Source: Candidatus Doudnabacteria bacterium (lineage in GTDB: Bacteria > Patescibacteriota > Doudnabacteria > UBA920 > O2-02-FULL-48-8). Taken from it: a stretch of DNA of 64,000 nucleotides. Under the pieces are notes generated by a model. That model did no database searches. It worked only from the letters and a program-made list of their open reading frames with translations, and was not told where the DNA came from. Both the position numbers and the translations under genes were made by a program. The stretch lies in contig JAIFWV010000002.1 in NCBI GenBank assembly GCA_019659055.1, positions 26,047-90,046 on the forward strand, read 5' to 3'. This document shows, in pieces, positions 1 through 9,394 of the stretch. Within the stretch, counting starts at the first letter, position 1. The number at the start of each line of letters is the position of its first letter.

Positions 1-446
1 GCAATAAGTTCTACGTTGTGGATGTTGGATCCAACTGGAATATTTTTGAGCATCATGCGGTTACCCGGCTTGATGTCGGCGCGTTCGGAGGTCATGAGGA
101 TTTCGCCCACTTTGATCCCGTCGGGTGCCAAAATATATCGCTTCTCCCCGTCTTTGTAGGCCAAAAGCGAGATGAAGGCTGATCGTCCTGGATCGTATTC
201 CATAGTTTGGACCTTGGCTGGGATGTTCATCTTGTCGCGCTTGAAATCTACAGAACGAGATTTGAGTCTGTGTCCGCCGCCGCGATGCCGGACTGTGATT
301 TTGCCTTGATTGTTGCGGCCGGCAGTGGTCTTATAAGACTTCAACAAACCGCGAGGGGTAGCCACGCGCTTGGAAAGAACCGAGTAATCGGTGACGGAGT
401 GGATTCTTCGTCCAGGTGAGGTTGGTTTGTAAATCTTGATAGCCAT
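1..446 (-). CDS. rplB: 50S ribosomal protein L2 (N-terminal part; runs off window)
   Basis: Manual translation MAIKIYKPTSPGRR...GRNNQGKITVRHRGGGH...EYDPGRSAFI is the L2 signature; lies downstream of rplW. Confidence 0.97.
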   Translation of the reverse strand, partial: MAIKIYKPTSPGRRIHSVTDYSVLSKRVATPRGLLKSYKTTAGRNNQGKITVRHRGGGHRLKSRSVDFKRDKMNIPAKVQTMEYDPGRSAFISLLAYKDGEKRYILAPDGIKVGEILMTSERADIKPGNRMMLKNIPVGSNIHNVELI

Positions 447-448
447 AA

Positions 449-895
449 TTAGATTCCTTCGGCCAGGCCGCTGATCTTCTCGCCGGCCTTAAGGGTAACA
501 TAAGCCTTCTTCCAGTTGCTGGTCTTGCCTGCGATTTTACCTGATCTGCGGGTCTTGCCTTTGATATTCATAATATTTACATCGGCAACATGCACGTCGT
601 AGACTTTTTCGATCGCCTTCTTGACTTCCAACTTATTGGTTGATTTCGAAACGCGGAAGACATAGCGTCCTGAGGCGGACAGTAAATTAGATTTTTCTGA
701 CAAATGATAGTTACGCAAAATGTCGTGGGCGCGGCCGGTGTCCTCTTTCAAAACAACCTGTTTCTTCTCAGAGGCTTCGACTGCAGGCTCTTGGACCATA
801 TCTAAGACATTCTCATCTTTCTGAGTCTTCTTTGAGGCCTTAGGCTTCTTGGCCTCGTCCTCTTTTTTGCCTTTGATGCGGTCTAAAATACTCAT
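449..895 (-). CDS. rplW: 50S ribosomal protein L23 with ~55 aa charged N-terminal extension
   Basis: SEKS..YVFRV..NKLEVKKAIEKVYDVHV..WKKAYVTL; likely start MSILDR at 895. Confidence 0.93.
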   Translation of the reverse strand: MSILDRIKGKKEDEAKKPKASKKTQKDENVLDMVQEPAVEASEKKQVVLKEDTGRAHDILRNYHLSEKSNLLSASGRYVFRVSKSTNKLEVKKAIEKVYDVHVADVNIMNIKGKTRRSGKIAGKTSNWKKAYVTLKAGEKISGLAEGI

Positions 896-899
896 AAAT

Positions 900-954
900 T
901 CGTGTATCTTGAATCGTGTAGCGTGAGGCGTTTCATGCTTCACGCTTCATGTTT
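900..954. repeat. Heptamer-unit inverted repeat hairpin (NCGTGAA / TTCACGN)
   Basis: tcgtgta tcttgaa tcgtgta gcgtgag ... tcatgct tcacgct tcatgtt; same family as 9907-9960. Confidence 0.7.
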
Positions 955-1595
955 TAAGTCTTTAAGTAAGTCTTTTCAATTATATCTAAAGCGTCTTTCA
1001 TGATTATCGAATCGTATTTGAGCAAGTCCAAAATGTTGAGCTGGTTGGCCAAGATCACCTTGGCGTTGGACAGATTGCGTCCGGCGCGTTCGACTTCCCT
1101 GTTTGCAGTCGGGATAACCAATAAAAATTTCTTGCCCAATCCGGCGCGGTCGGCAACTCTGGTGAGCATACCGGACAATTCCTTGGATTTAGCGACGTTT
1201 TCCAATTTATCAACTATGACCAATTTCTTGTCTCGGATTTTATCGGACAAAACGGTAAACAATGCTTTGCGAAAAGCCGAGCGGTTCATCTTGAGCGACC
1301 AATCAACTTCGTTGCGCGGACCAAATGTGATGCCGCCATGGCGCCACAATGGTGAGCGGAAGGAGCCGGCGCGAGCGCGGCCCGTGCCTTTTTGCTTCCA
1401 TGGCTTCTTACCAGTACCTGCGACTTCGCCGCGGGTCTTGGTATGAGCAATAGAACGACGGGCATTGTTTCTCTGGGTGCGCACAGCGGCCCAAACCAGA
1501 TTTGCATCCAATTCTTCCAAACCAAAAATCTTTGGATTCAAATCCAGATCGGAAACTTTTTCGCCAGATTGATTATAAACTGCGGCTTTGTTCAT
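954..1595 (-). CDS. rplD: 50S ribosomal protein L4
   Basis: HTKTRGEVAGTGKKPWKQKGTGRARAGS..SPLWRHGGITFGP. Confidence 0.98.
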   Translation of the reverse strand: MNKAAVYNQSGEKVSDLDLNPKIFGLEELDANLVWAAVRTQRNNARRSIAHTKTRGEVAGTGKKPWKQKGTGRARAGSFRSPLWRHGGITFGPRNEVDWSLKMNRSAFRKALFTVLSDKIRDKKLVIVDKLENVAKSKELSGMLTRVADRAGLGKKFLLVIPTANREVERAGRNLSNAKVILANQLNILDLLKYDSIIMKDALDIIEKTYLKT

Positions 1596-2272
1596 AATTT
1601 CTCAAACTGCTTCATTAATTCCGGGTAGTCGGTAAAGATTCCATCGACTCCCAGTTTCCTCATTCGTTCGTACTCGTGCCTATCGTTGACTGTCCAAACC
1701 AAAACTTTTTTTGCCAAAAGTCTCAGGATGAGCATCGTGGCGTAAGAGACATATGTGCTCTGCGGATTTACAGAATAGAGTTTGTCTTTACGAGTCAGAA
1801 AACTAATTATAGTTCGGAGGCTCCATTCGCCTTTGGCGAATATGAGACCCAATTGGACGTTTCCGTCCAAAGTTCTGAACTTCTTCAATACTCCCGGATA
1901 AAACGAGGAGATCAGAACCTTGTGCGGAAAACTTTTTAATTTGGCAAAGACTTGTTCTTCGATGCCATGAACCTTGATCTCGATATTGAGATCGGTATGG
2001 ATCACTGCCAAAACTTCGTCGAGAGTCGGGATTTCGCGGCCGTGTTCGGCGCTGACCCGTTTGATTTCGGACAATACCGTGTCGCGAATCAATCGCGGAT
2101 CACCGAACAATCTCAGCATATCGTGATCGTGGACAACCACGAGTTCGCCGTCTGCCGACTTGCGAACATCGAGTTCCAACATATCGGCACCCATGCTCTC
2201 TGCTTTTTGAAAAGAACGGATTGTGTTCTCCGGTTCGGTACCCGAAGCGCCCCTGTGCGCTATAATCTGCAT
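1592..2272 (-). CDS. Glycerophosphodiester phosphodiesterase (GDPD/UgpQ-like)
   Basis: IAHRGASG..PENT..ELDV..VVVHD..NIEIK..WTVND..DGIFTDYP motifs. Confidence 0.93.
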   Translation of the reverse strand: MQIIAHRGASGTEPENTIRSFQKAESMGADMLELDVRKSADGELVVVHDHDMLRLFGDPRLIRDTVLSEIKRVSAEHGREIPTLDEVLAVIHTDLNIEIKVHGIEEQVFAKLKSFPHKVLISSFYPGVLKKFRTLDGNVQLGLIFAKGEWSLRTIISFLTRKDKLYSVNPQSTYVSYATMLILRLLAKKVLVWTVNDRHEYERMRKLGVDGIFTDYPELMKQFEKL

Positions 2273-2881
2273 TTACTTGATGACTAACTGGACCTTAACT
2301 ATGCCGCCGGGAGCTCCCGGGACTGCCCCTTTGACCGCAATCAGATTCCGCTTGGCGTCGATTTCGATGACTTCCAAGTTTTTCACAGTGCGGACGCCGG
2401 CCATGTGCCCGGCCATGCGCAAACCCTTGCGCACGTGCTGAGGAAACCGGCCGCCGATAGCCCCCACTGCTCGCGGGTGGTCATGGCCATGGGTTGCTGG
2501 TGCGCCGTGGAAACCATGCCGCTTGATAGGTCCGGCAAATCCCCGGCCCTTCATCTCGCCCGTGACTTTGACCATGTCGCCGACTGCAAACATATCGACT
2601 TTGATCTCTTGGCCGCGGCTAAATTTGGAAGCGTCTTCAACTCGGAATTCTATAAGTTTGGCGAAATTGCCCAATTCTTTGGTATGGCCGGCCAGAGATT
2701 TGGTGGCTTTCTTCCGGCGCCCAAAACCGACTTGCACTGCCTGATATTTATCTTTATCCGTAGTCCGGACTTGAGTAATCTTGTTCGGAGCAGCCTTGAG
2801 AATTGTAACAGGAATAACCTTACCATCCTTGGTAAAGATTTGGGACATATGCAATTTTTCAGCGATGATAAACTTGGACAT
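2273..2881 (-). CDS. rplC: 50S ribosomal protein L3
   Basis: MSQIF..PVT..YQAVQVGF..KGRGFAGPIKRHGF..RMAGHM..KGAVPG; start MSKF at 2881 assumed. Confidence 0.97.
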   Translation of the reverse strand: MSKFIIAEKLHMSQIFTKDGKVIPVTILKAAPNKITQVRTTDKDKYQAVQVGFGRRKKATKSLAGHTKELGNFAKLIEFRVEDASKFSRGQEIKVDMFAVGDMVKVTGEMKGRGFAGPIKRHGFHGAPATHGHDHPRAVGAIGGRFPQHVRKGLRMAGHMAGVRTVKNLEVIEIDAKRNLIAVKGAVPGAPGGIVKVQLVIK

Positions 2882-2889
2882 AAGGGTAA

Positions 2890-3005
2890 CCATCGCGAGC
2901 GACGTGTTACTAAGAATTTATCTTAGCCGTCGCGTGGCGATCTTTTTTAATAGTTTGCTTCGTCGGTCACAATGCTAACGCTGTGTTTGACCTCCTCGCA
3001 ATGGG
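2890..3005 (-). repeat. REP/REPIN-like structured repeat, family A copy 1
   Basis: Minus strand cattgcgaggag..cgacgaagcaaact..agatcgccacgcg..cgctcgcgatgg; same scaffold at 35394-35524. Confidence 0.75.
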
Positions 3006-3118
3006 CATATTTAAGCTTTAAAAAAACCGTTCATGATCCCGAATTATTCAGAAGCCTGAACGGTTCTTCTAGATTGGCGATTTCCGGGAGGATCTATCCA
3101 ACCTGTATTAAATTGTGG

Positions 3119-3442
3119 TTACATCTTAATTTCAATATCAACCCCAGCAGGGAGATTGAGATTGCTCAGCGCGTCTATGGTTTTGGGTGTTGGGGAGGCA
3201 ATGTCGATTAATCGCTTATGGATGCGCATCTCGAATTGTTCTCGGGCATTTTTGTGCACGAAAGTCGAACGATTGACGGTATATTTGGACTTTTCGGTAG
3301 GCAAAGGGACTGGGCCGATAACCTCAGCACCAGTTCGTTTGGCCGTCTCCACAATCGAGCGGGCAGATTGATCAATAAGCTTATGGTCATAAGCTCTGAT
3401 TTTGATGCGGATTCTAGCTGAATCTATCTTTTCGGCAGGCAT
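3119..3442 (-). CDS. rpsJ: 30S ribosomal protein S10
   Basis: [43 protein letters not shown]. Confidence 0.98.
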   Translation of the reverse strand: MPAEKIDSARIRIKIRAYDHKLIDQSARSIVETAKRTGAEVIGPVPLPTEKSKYTVNRSTFVHKNAREQFEMRIHKRLIDIASPTPKTIDALSNLNLPAGVDIEIKM

Positions 3443-3554
3443 TGAGATTTTAAAGGATAAGTTATAACGGATGTTTCCCGACTTGGGGCAACTGGTTTAA
3501 AATACACTATTTTTGGCAGTTTGTCAACTCCGGGGTTTGGGCGGCAAAGACCCA

Positions 3555-3584
3555 AAGGACTACCCCGAGACCGGGGTAGTCCTA
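3555..3584 (-). terminator. Hairpin downstream of tuf
   Basis: aggactaccccg agac cggggtagtcct 12-bp stem just after tuf stop. Confidence 0.55.
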
Positions 3585-3590
3585 AGTGGC

Positions 3591-4790
3591 TTATTTGGTG
3601 ATTTTGAGTACTACACCGGCACCGACTGTGTGTCCGCCTTCGCGGATAGCAAAGCGCTGTTTTTCTTCCAATGCAACCGGGGAAATCAGCTTAACTTTGA
3701 TAGAAACTGTATCGCCTGGCATGACCATTTCCTGGCCGGCTGGCAATTCAACTTCGCCTGTAACGTCTGTGGTTCGGATGTAGAATTGAGGCTTGTAGCC
3801 CTTGAAGAACGGAGTGTGTCGTCCGCCTTCTTCCTTGTTGAGGACATAGACTTCAGCGTCAAATTCGGTATGAGGAGTAACTGAGCCTGGCTTGCAGAGT
3901 ACTTGTCCGCGCTCGACTTCGTCCTTCTTGGTTCCTCGCAAAAGCACACCCGCATTGTCGCCTGCTCGGCCTTCGTCGAGTTGCTTGTTGAACATTTCGA
4001 TACCAGTGACTACGGTCTTGGCGGTTGGGCGCAAACCCATGATTTCGACTTCATCGGAAACTTTGACAATACCGCGCTCGATACGGCCAGTAACAACTGT
4101 GCCGCGGCCTTCTATGGAGAAGATGTCTTCGATAGCCATAAGGAATGGCTTGTCGATGTCGCGCACTGGTTCTGGGATTTGAGCATCCAAAGTTTCGAGA
4201 AGTTTAACAATGGAATCAACACCGGCCTGGTCGCCCTGAATCGCTTTGAGAGCGCTTCCGCGGACGATGGCAGTAGTTTTGCCGTCGAAACCGTATTTGG
4301 TGAGCAGGTCGCGGACTTCTTCTTCGACGAGGTCGAGAAGTTCCTGGTCTTCCACCATATCTACCTTGTTGAGGAAGACGACGATTGCTGGCACGCCAAC
4401 TTGCTTAGCCAAGAGGATGTGTTCGCGGGTCTGAGGCATTGGGCCGTCGACTGCGTTCACAACCAAAATTGCACCGTCCATCTGGGCGGCACCGGTGATC
4501 ATGTTTTTGACATAATCAGCGTGGCCCGGACAGTCGACGTGTGCGTAGTGTCTGTTTGGGGTTTCGTATTCGACGTGTGAGGTCGAGATGGTCAAGATCT
4601 TAGTTGGATCTCGGCGACCTTGTGATTCTGACGCCTTGGCGACTTCATCGTAAGGGACGAACTTTTTGGTCCAGCCCTTATCGAAGGAGACTTTGGTCAA
4701 AGCGGCAGTGAGAGTGGTTTTGCCGTGGTCGACGTGGCCGATTGTACCCACGTTGACGTGCGGCTTGGAACGTTCAAATTTGTCTGCCAT
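3591..4790 (-). CDS. tuf: Elongation factor Tu
   Basis: [28 protein letters not shown]; start MADKFERS. Confidence 0.99.
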   Translation of the reverse strand: MADKFERSKPHVNVGTIGHVDHGKTTLTAALTKVSFDKGWTKKFVPYDEVAKASESQGRRDPTKILTISTSHVEYETPNRHYAHVDCPGHADYVKNMITGAAQMDGAILVVNAVDGPMPQTREHILLAKQVGVPAIVVFLNKVDMVEDQELLDLVEEEVRDLLTKYGFDGKTTAIVRGSALKAIQGDQAGVDSIVKLLETLDAQIPEPVRDIDKPFLMAIEDIFSIEGRGTVVTGRIERGIVKVSDEVEIMGLRPTAKTVVTGIEMFNKQLDEGRAGDNAGVLLRGTKKDEVERGQVLCKPGSVTPHTEFDAEVYVLNKEEGGRHTPFFKGYKPQFYIRTTDVTGEVELPAGQEMVMPGDTVSIKVKLISPVALEEKQRFAIREGGHTVGAGVVLKITK

Positions 4791-4930
4791 TTGTATAGCC
4801 TTTCGCAATTTTTAAGTGGTATCCAGTCAGTCCCGAGCCTTAACCGAAAGCCCTATCGACCAGGCTTTTAGCCAAGTTCAGGATGACGCCAATCTTAAAA
4901 AACGCTTAAAATTAATTTTAATGCCATAAG

Positions 4931-4959
4931 ATTATAAAGGATTTGTGAGGCTTTGTAAA
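4931..4959 (-). promoter_or_regulatory. Sigma70-type promoter for tuf
   Basis: Minus strand TTTACA-17bp-TATAAT. Confidence 0.65.
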
Positions 4960-5000
4960 GGGTCAGAAGCCTTGTGGATAAGTGGCCAAAAACCAGCCAT

Positions 5001-5033
5001 TTCAACGGCTCACACCCCGTGTGAGCCGTTGAA
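5001..5033. repeat. Perfect 15-bp hairpin with ACCCCGT core (REP-like)
   Basis: ttcaacggctcacac ccc gtgtgagccgttgaa. Confidence 0.75.
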
Positions 5034-5050
5034 CCAAACTGCACCTATCA

Positions 5051-5079
5051 TTGACTTAGCAAAGAAATTCTGCTAAAAT
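5051..5079 (+). promoter_or_regulatory. Sigma70-type promoter
   Basis: TTGACT-17bp-TAAAAT with TGn extended -10. Confidence 0.7.
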
Positions 5080-5085
5080 GTCTTC

Positions 5086-5285
5086 GATTCCTGATCCGCT
5101 CTCACGGACCGAGGAAGGGGGCTTTCTAACTACCGGGTGAAGCTACGAGACAGGGGGTATCGTAGCCGGATCTGGTTTTGGCACCAATGGTTGGTGTAGT
5201 TGGAAGTCTATAACCCCCTTCATTCTTTTCATGAGAATAAGGGTGTGAATCAGCCGTCTACTTCGATTAGTGACGGTCTTTTTTA
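5086..5285 (+). ncRNA. Candidate structured ncRNA (rod-like, possibly 6S RNA-like)
   Basis: Lies between a consensus promoter and an intrinsic terminator; nested pairings GATTC/GAATC, TCTCACGGA/TTCATGAGA, GAAGGGGG/CCCCCTTC, TTTCTAACTAC/GTAGTTGGAAG, GCTACGA/TCGTAGC. Confidence 0.55.
5252..5284 (+). terminator. Rho-independent terminator
   Basis: gccgtc..gacggt stem followed by T run. Confidence 0.65.
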
Positions 5286-5328
5286 TGCCAATTTTGGTCC
5301 TCCCGACACTCGGACTACAGGTGCTTAA

Positions 5329-5912
5329 ATGCAATTTTTTTGCTATAAATACCTTACGGCAAAAACAAAACATTTGGTCTTTGGATTCGTGGGAGACTCC
5401 GGGTCTGGCAAATCCACTCTCATGATCGAACTTCTCAATTTCTTCCCGCATCTTGAGATAATCAAATCCACTTCCACCAGAGCGCGGCGCGACGACACTG
5501 ACGATTTGTTCTACAAGCTGGTCGGTATGGATTATATGGACAATCCCGAAAACCAGAAGAATTTCCTCAATCACGAAATCTATGCGGGCAATCATTACGT
5601 CTACGAGCGCTCTATCCTCGACCAGGTTCTGCGCTCACATTGCGGCATGTTTGCCATCATCGAATCCGCTGTGCCAAAAATCCAGAAAGCAGGATACGAT
5701 GTACGACTCATCAAAGTCGTCCCAATTGTGACTGGGATTTGGATCGGACTCGAGAGCGCCAGAGCGAAGACCAGCTTCGCGCCACGCAAGGCGGATTGGT
5801 TTTTGATCTCGTTATCGAAAACTCATTTCGGCCCGGCGGATTGGAACAATCAGTCGAGACTGCCGCAAAATTCATTCAGGACCAAATCCACGGGCACCAC
5901 CCCGGGAATTGA
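5329..5912 (+). pseudogene. Guanylate-kinase-like P-loop protein with apparent frameshift near 5725
   Basis: GDSGSGKST, STSTRARR, EIYAGNHY in frame 5329; kinase-like C-terminus (FDLVIEN..LEQSVETA) lies in the -1 frame ending 5912. Confidence 0.65.
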
Positions 5913-5960
5913 CAGAACCCCCCAGAACAGGTATAAATAGGAATCATTAACGGAGGATTC

Positions 5961-6227
5961 ATGAGTATCTTGGATCGACTCTTTGATTTTTTCCATCGTA
6001 CCGAGGACACCCGGGCCACTCCTGTCTTGGAATACGTGGCTCCTCCCCGCGAAGTCACCAAGTACCATCTGCACGACCACGAGTTCGAGGGTCTGGTCGA
6101 TCACTACTTGGCAGACGAGTACTACATCGACGTGGAGCGGGCGAAGCTCCACCTCAAAGACTGCAAGGAATGCACCGACGTTTTCTGCGGTTTCTGGAAT
6201 CGCATGAGACGGCAGAAGGTCGCCTAA
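5961..6227 (+). CDS. Small zinc-finger protein, zf-HC2/ZAS-like (HxxxCxxC)
   Basis: GGAGG RBS; H..x25..HLKDCKEC. Confidence 0.7.
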   Translation: MSILDRLFDFFHRTEDTRATPVLEYVAPPREVTKYHLHDHEFEGLVDHYLADEYYIDVERAKLHLKDCKECTDVFCGFWNRMRRQKVA

Positions 6228-6502
6228 TGTCTCGCTACAGAGGACTAGGACGAGCTCGAACCCGGGCCAACCGGGGCGCGCGCGAGAGCGCAGACATACG
6301 GTTACTAGAGGAAGAATACCTGAGACTCCATCCCGAGATCCGGGGGTTCGAGGACAGAATCTGCTTAATAGCCCCGAACTGCCCTGATTTTGATCGCAGA
6401 CTCCCGTTCAGAATTCCGTACTGCGATCCCCATGTGCGTGAGTGCGAAAAATGCCAGGAAAAAATGGCAGCATCCGGATTCCCATATCCAAAGGAGCGTT
6501 AA
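6227..6502 (+). CDS. Small HxxxCxxC zinc-finger protein
   Basis: TAATG coupling to upstream gene; HVRECEKC with upstream Cys residues. Confidence 0.65.
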   Translation: MSRYRGLGRARTRANRGARESADIRLLEEEYLRLHPEIRGFEDRICLIAPNCPDFDRRLPFRIPYCDPHVRECEKCQEKMAASGFPYPKER

Positions 6503-6741
6503 TGCCAGTCACAAAACTTGCTTCGGCGGTAAACGCGATCACCATCCCAGCCGATGACCTGGTTCAGACGGTCAGTGAGCACGAGAGACTGGGCGAGCGC
6601 ATAATCGCTACAGTCCCAGGAGGACTTCAACTCAAAAGGACCGGAAGCGGGCGCAATAGCGTGATCGAAGTCATCCCGACTTCTTTCACCCTCATTCTCG
6701 GGCAAGAGAGACACCGCGACTACCGAAACGGTGAATCCTAA
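6502..6741 (+). CDS. Hypothetical protein
   Basis: AAGGAG RBS, TAATG coupling, followed by terminator-like hairpin at ~6749-6786. Confidence 0.6.
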   Translation: MPVTKLASAVNAITIPADDLVQTVSEHERLGERIIATVPGGLQLKRTGSGRNSVIEVIPTSFTLILGQERHRDYRNGES

Positions 6742-6854
6742 TCGCTATCGCGGCGTGGACGTACATACGTCCCGCCGCTTTTTTTATTAATTGCTTGCGC
6801 TCGCTAGCATTATTTTTATTTGTTAAAATATTTTCAAACCCTACGGAGGCCCTA

Positions 6855-7076
6855 ATGGATTTTCAGGAGAAATCCGTCAGCTTTCATCAGTTCACTGCAG
6901 ACGTGGACAAGCTGAGAATTTTGATGATGTGCTATCGGACTTGCGAACAACCCAAAAACACCAACCCTGACACTGACGAGGTCGTAAACGCTTACAATCA
7001 TATGTTTGGGCATGGCGGACGATGCCAAGAATGCTTCCCCTATGCCGTCAAGCTACTCAGTCTCCTGGAAAATTAA
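6855..7076 (+). CDS. Small HxxxCxxC zinc-finger protein
   Basis: GGAGG RBS; C..x26..HGGRCQEC. Confidence 0.65.
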   Translation: MDFQEKSVSFHQFTADVDKLRILMMCYRTCEQPKNTNPDTDEVVNAYNHMFGHGGRCQECFPYAVKLLSLLEN

Positions 7077-7130
7077 AAACGGCGCGCCTCCTTTTTTGAA
7101 GGCCGCCGTTTTCGTTTTCCAATTATTTAT

Positions 7131-7237
7131 TTAGCGAGGCATTTGTAAAAGCAACCCGCGGAGGACGACGGTCCGAGCGCGTAGGCCGAAATTTTAGCAA
7201 AAATTTACGGCCGGTGCTTTTACAAATATGCCGAGCG
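7131..7237 (-). repeat. ~107-nt structured repeat element, copy 1 (immediately after fusA stop)
   Basis: Homologous to reverse complement of 19749-19857 with compensatory stem changes. Confidence 0.8.
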
Positions 7238-7239
7238 CC

Positions 7240-9372
7240 TTATTGTCCGACTTGTCCCACGCGGACTTTGCCAGATTCGCCGATAATTTTCTCGGCCACA
7301 TTTCTTGGCACTTCCTCGTATTTGAGAAACTCCATAGTGTAGGAAGCCTGTCCCTGGGACATGGATCGGATTTGGGTGGCGTAGCCAAACATTTCCGCCA
7401 GCGGGACTTCTGCGTCAATTATTTTGAGGTTGCCGCGATCGGTCATTTCAAGGATTTTGCCGCGCTTGGCGTTGAGGTCGCCGATGACATCGCCCATGGC
7501 TGATTCCGGGGTCGTGACCTCGACTTTCATAATCGGTTCGAGAATGATTGGGTTGGCTTTTTTCACGGCGGACTGGAAAGCCATGGATCCGGCAATTTTG
7601 AAAGCGATTTCAGAAGAGTCAACCTCGTGGTAACTGCCATCGTAGAGCGTGGTTTTGACGTTGAGCACTGGGAATCCGGCAATAACGCCGCGATCCTCTG
7701 CTTCCGCAATACCTTTTTCTATCGGTTTGATATATTCCTTGGGTACGGTGCCGCCAACGATTTCATTTATAAATTCATTGCCTTTCTCTGGATCATCCTG
7801 CGGTTCGATTCGTATCCAGACGTGACCATACTGACCCTTACCGCCGGTCTGGCGGATGTATTTGCCTTCGGCATCAGCTTTACCGCGAATAGTTTCTTTG
7901 TAAGCAACTTGGGGTTTACCAACATTGGCCTCGACTTTGAATTCGCGCTTCATGCGGTCAACCAAAATTTCCAAGTGCAGTTCGCCCATACCCGCAATCA
8001 AAGTTTGCTGGACTTCTTCGTCAGTGCTGACTCGGAAAGTCGGATCCTCTTCTGCGAGTTTTTGCAAAGCCAAACCCATCTTTTCTTGATCGGCTTTGGT
8101 CTTTGGTTCGATAGCAACCGAAATAACCGGTTCTGGGAATTTGATCTTCTCAAGCATTACAGGGAAATCGACATCACAAAGCGTATCGCCAGTGAAGGTA
8201 TCTTTCGGCCCGACCAGGGCCGCGATATCGCCGGAATGAACTTCCTTAACCTCTTCGCGGGAATCGGCATGCAATCGGACCAAGCGGCCAACACGTTCTT
8301 TGTTTCCGGAACGGGCGTTTAGAATATATGAACCGGCTTGAAGGACTCCTGTGTAAACTCGGAAGAACGCCAATTTGCCGACAAAGGGGTCAGTTGCGAT
8401 TTTGAATGCCAAGGCTACAAACTTGTCGCTATCGTTTGGAGTCAGTAAAATTTCTTCTTGAGTCTTGGTATTGATAGCCTTAATCGGGGGCTTATCTAAC
8501 GGTGAGGGCAGGTAGTTCACTACCGCATCCAAGAGCGAAGTCACGATAAGTCCGCGTCCATCTCCGCCGAGGACTGGGAAAAACTTTCCCGACAAGGTCG
8601 AGGTTCGGATAGCTTTTATCAACTCCTGGTCGCTGATTTCCTCGCCGGCCAAATATTTTTCCATGAGAGCATCATCTGATTCGACAACTTTTTCTATGAG
8701 CTTCAACCGGTACTCGCGCGCTTTCTCAAGCATGTCGGCTGGGACTTCGCCTTCGGTAAAGGTCTTGTCCTTGTGCTCCTTGTATGTATAGGATTTCATC
8801 TTCACCAAATCGACAATGCCGTTGATGTCTTTTTCAAACCCAATCGGTAGTTGGATCGGGAAGGCGTTGGGCGACAAGCGCTTGTGAATCGCATCCAAAG
8901 ATTTATAAAAATCGCCGCCAGTCTGGTTGATCTTGTTTATAAAGCACATGCGGGGTACTGCGTATTTGTCGGCTTGGCGCCAGACGGTCTCGGACTGAGG
9001 TTCTACACCCATCTTACCGTCGAAGACCACGACTGCGCCGTCGAGCACGCGTAAAGATCGCTCGACTTCGACTGTGAAGTCCACGTGTCCGGGGGTGTCG
9101 ATGATGTTGATGCGGTGAGTGTCGGGAGATTTACCGCCAGATTGCAGTGTCCGCGACCAAAAGCTGGTGGTGGCCGCCGCGGTAATCGTGATGCCGCGTT
9201 CGCGTTCCTGCTCCATCCAGTCCATGGCAGTGTTGCCTTCGTGGACTTCGCCAATCTTGTGGATCTTGCCGGTATAAAACAAAATCGACTCGGTAGTGGT
9301 GGTCTTACCGGCATCGATGTGGGCAATAATCCCGATGTTTCTGGTTTGTTCTAGGCTGTATTCTCTAGGCAT
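7240..9372 (-). CDS. fusA: Elongation factor G
   Basis: [44 protein letters not shown]. Confidence 0.99.
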   Translation of the reverse strand: MPREYSLEQTRNIGIIAHIDAGKTTTTESILFYTGKIHKIGEVHEGNTAMDWMEQERERGITITAAATTSFWSRTLQSGGKSPDTHRINIIDTPGHVDFTVEVERSLRVLDGAVVVFDGKMGVEPQSETVWRQADKYAVPRMCFINKINQTGGDFYKSLDAIHKRLSPNAFPIQLPIGFEKDINGIVDLVKMKSYTYKEHKDKTFTEGEVPADMLEKAREYRLKLIEKVVESDDALMEKYLAGEEISDQELIKAIRTSTLSGKFFPVLGGDGRGLIVTSLLDAVVNYLPSPLDKPPIKAINTKTQEEILLTPNDSDKFVALAFKIATDPFVGKLAFFRVYTGVLQAGSYILNARSGNKERVGRLVRLHADSREEVKEVHSGDIAALVGPKDTFTGDTLCDVDFPVMLEKIKFPEPVISVAIEPKTKADQEKMGLALQKLAEEDPTFRVSTDEEVQQTLIAGMGELHLEILVDRMKREFKVEANVGKPQVAYKETIRGKADAEGKYIRQTGGKGQYGHVWIRIEPQDDPEKGNEFINEIVGGTVPKEYIKPIEKGIAEAEDRGVIAGFPVLNVKTTLYDGSYHEVDSSEIAFKIAGSMAFQSAVKKANPIILEPIMKVEVTTPESAMGDVIGDLNAKRGKILEMTDRGNLKIIDAEVPLAEMFGYATQIRSMSQGQASYTMEFLKYEEVPRNVAEKIIGESGKVRVGQVGQ

Positions 9373-9394
9373 TTAAAAAATTTTCAGTTGTAAA

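Noticed and set aside
4973-4981. Perfect DnaA box (TGTGGATAA) as possible oriC
   Set aside because: Single box, no cluster and no dnaA/dnaN nearby
5143-5595. 150-aa minus-strand ORF
   Set aside because: Antisense to the kinase gene and the structured RNA; no recognisable features
7150-7220. Hammerhead ribozyme in the three-way-junction element
   Set aside because: CUGANGA and GAAA core not present in the required positions
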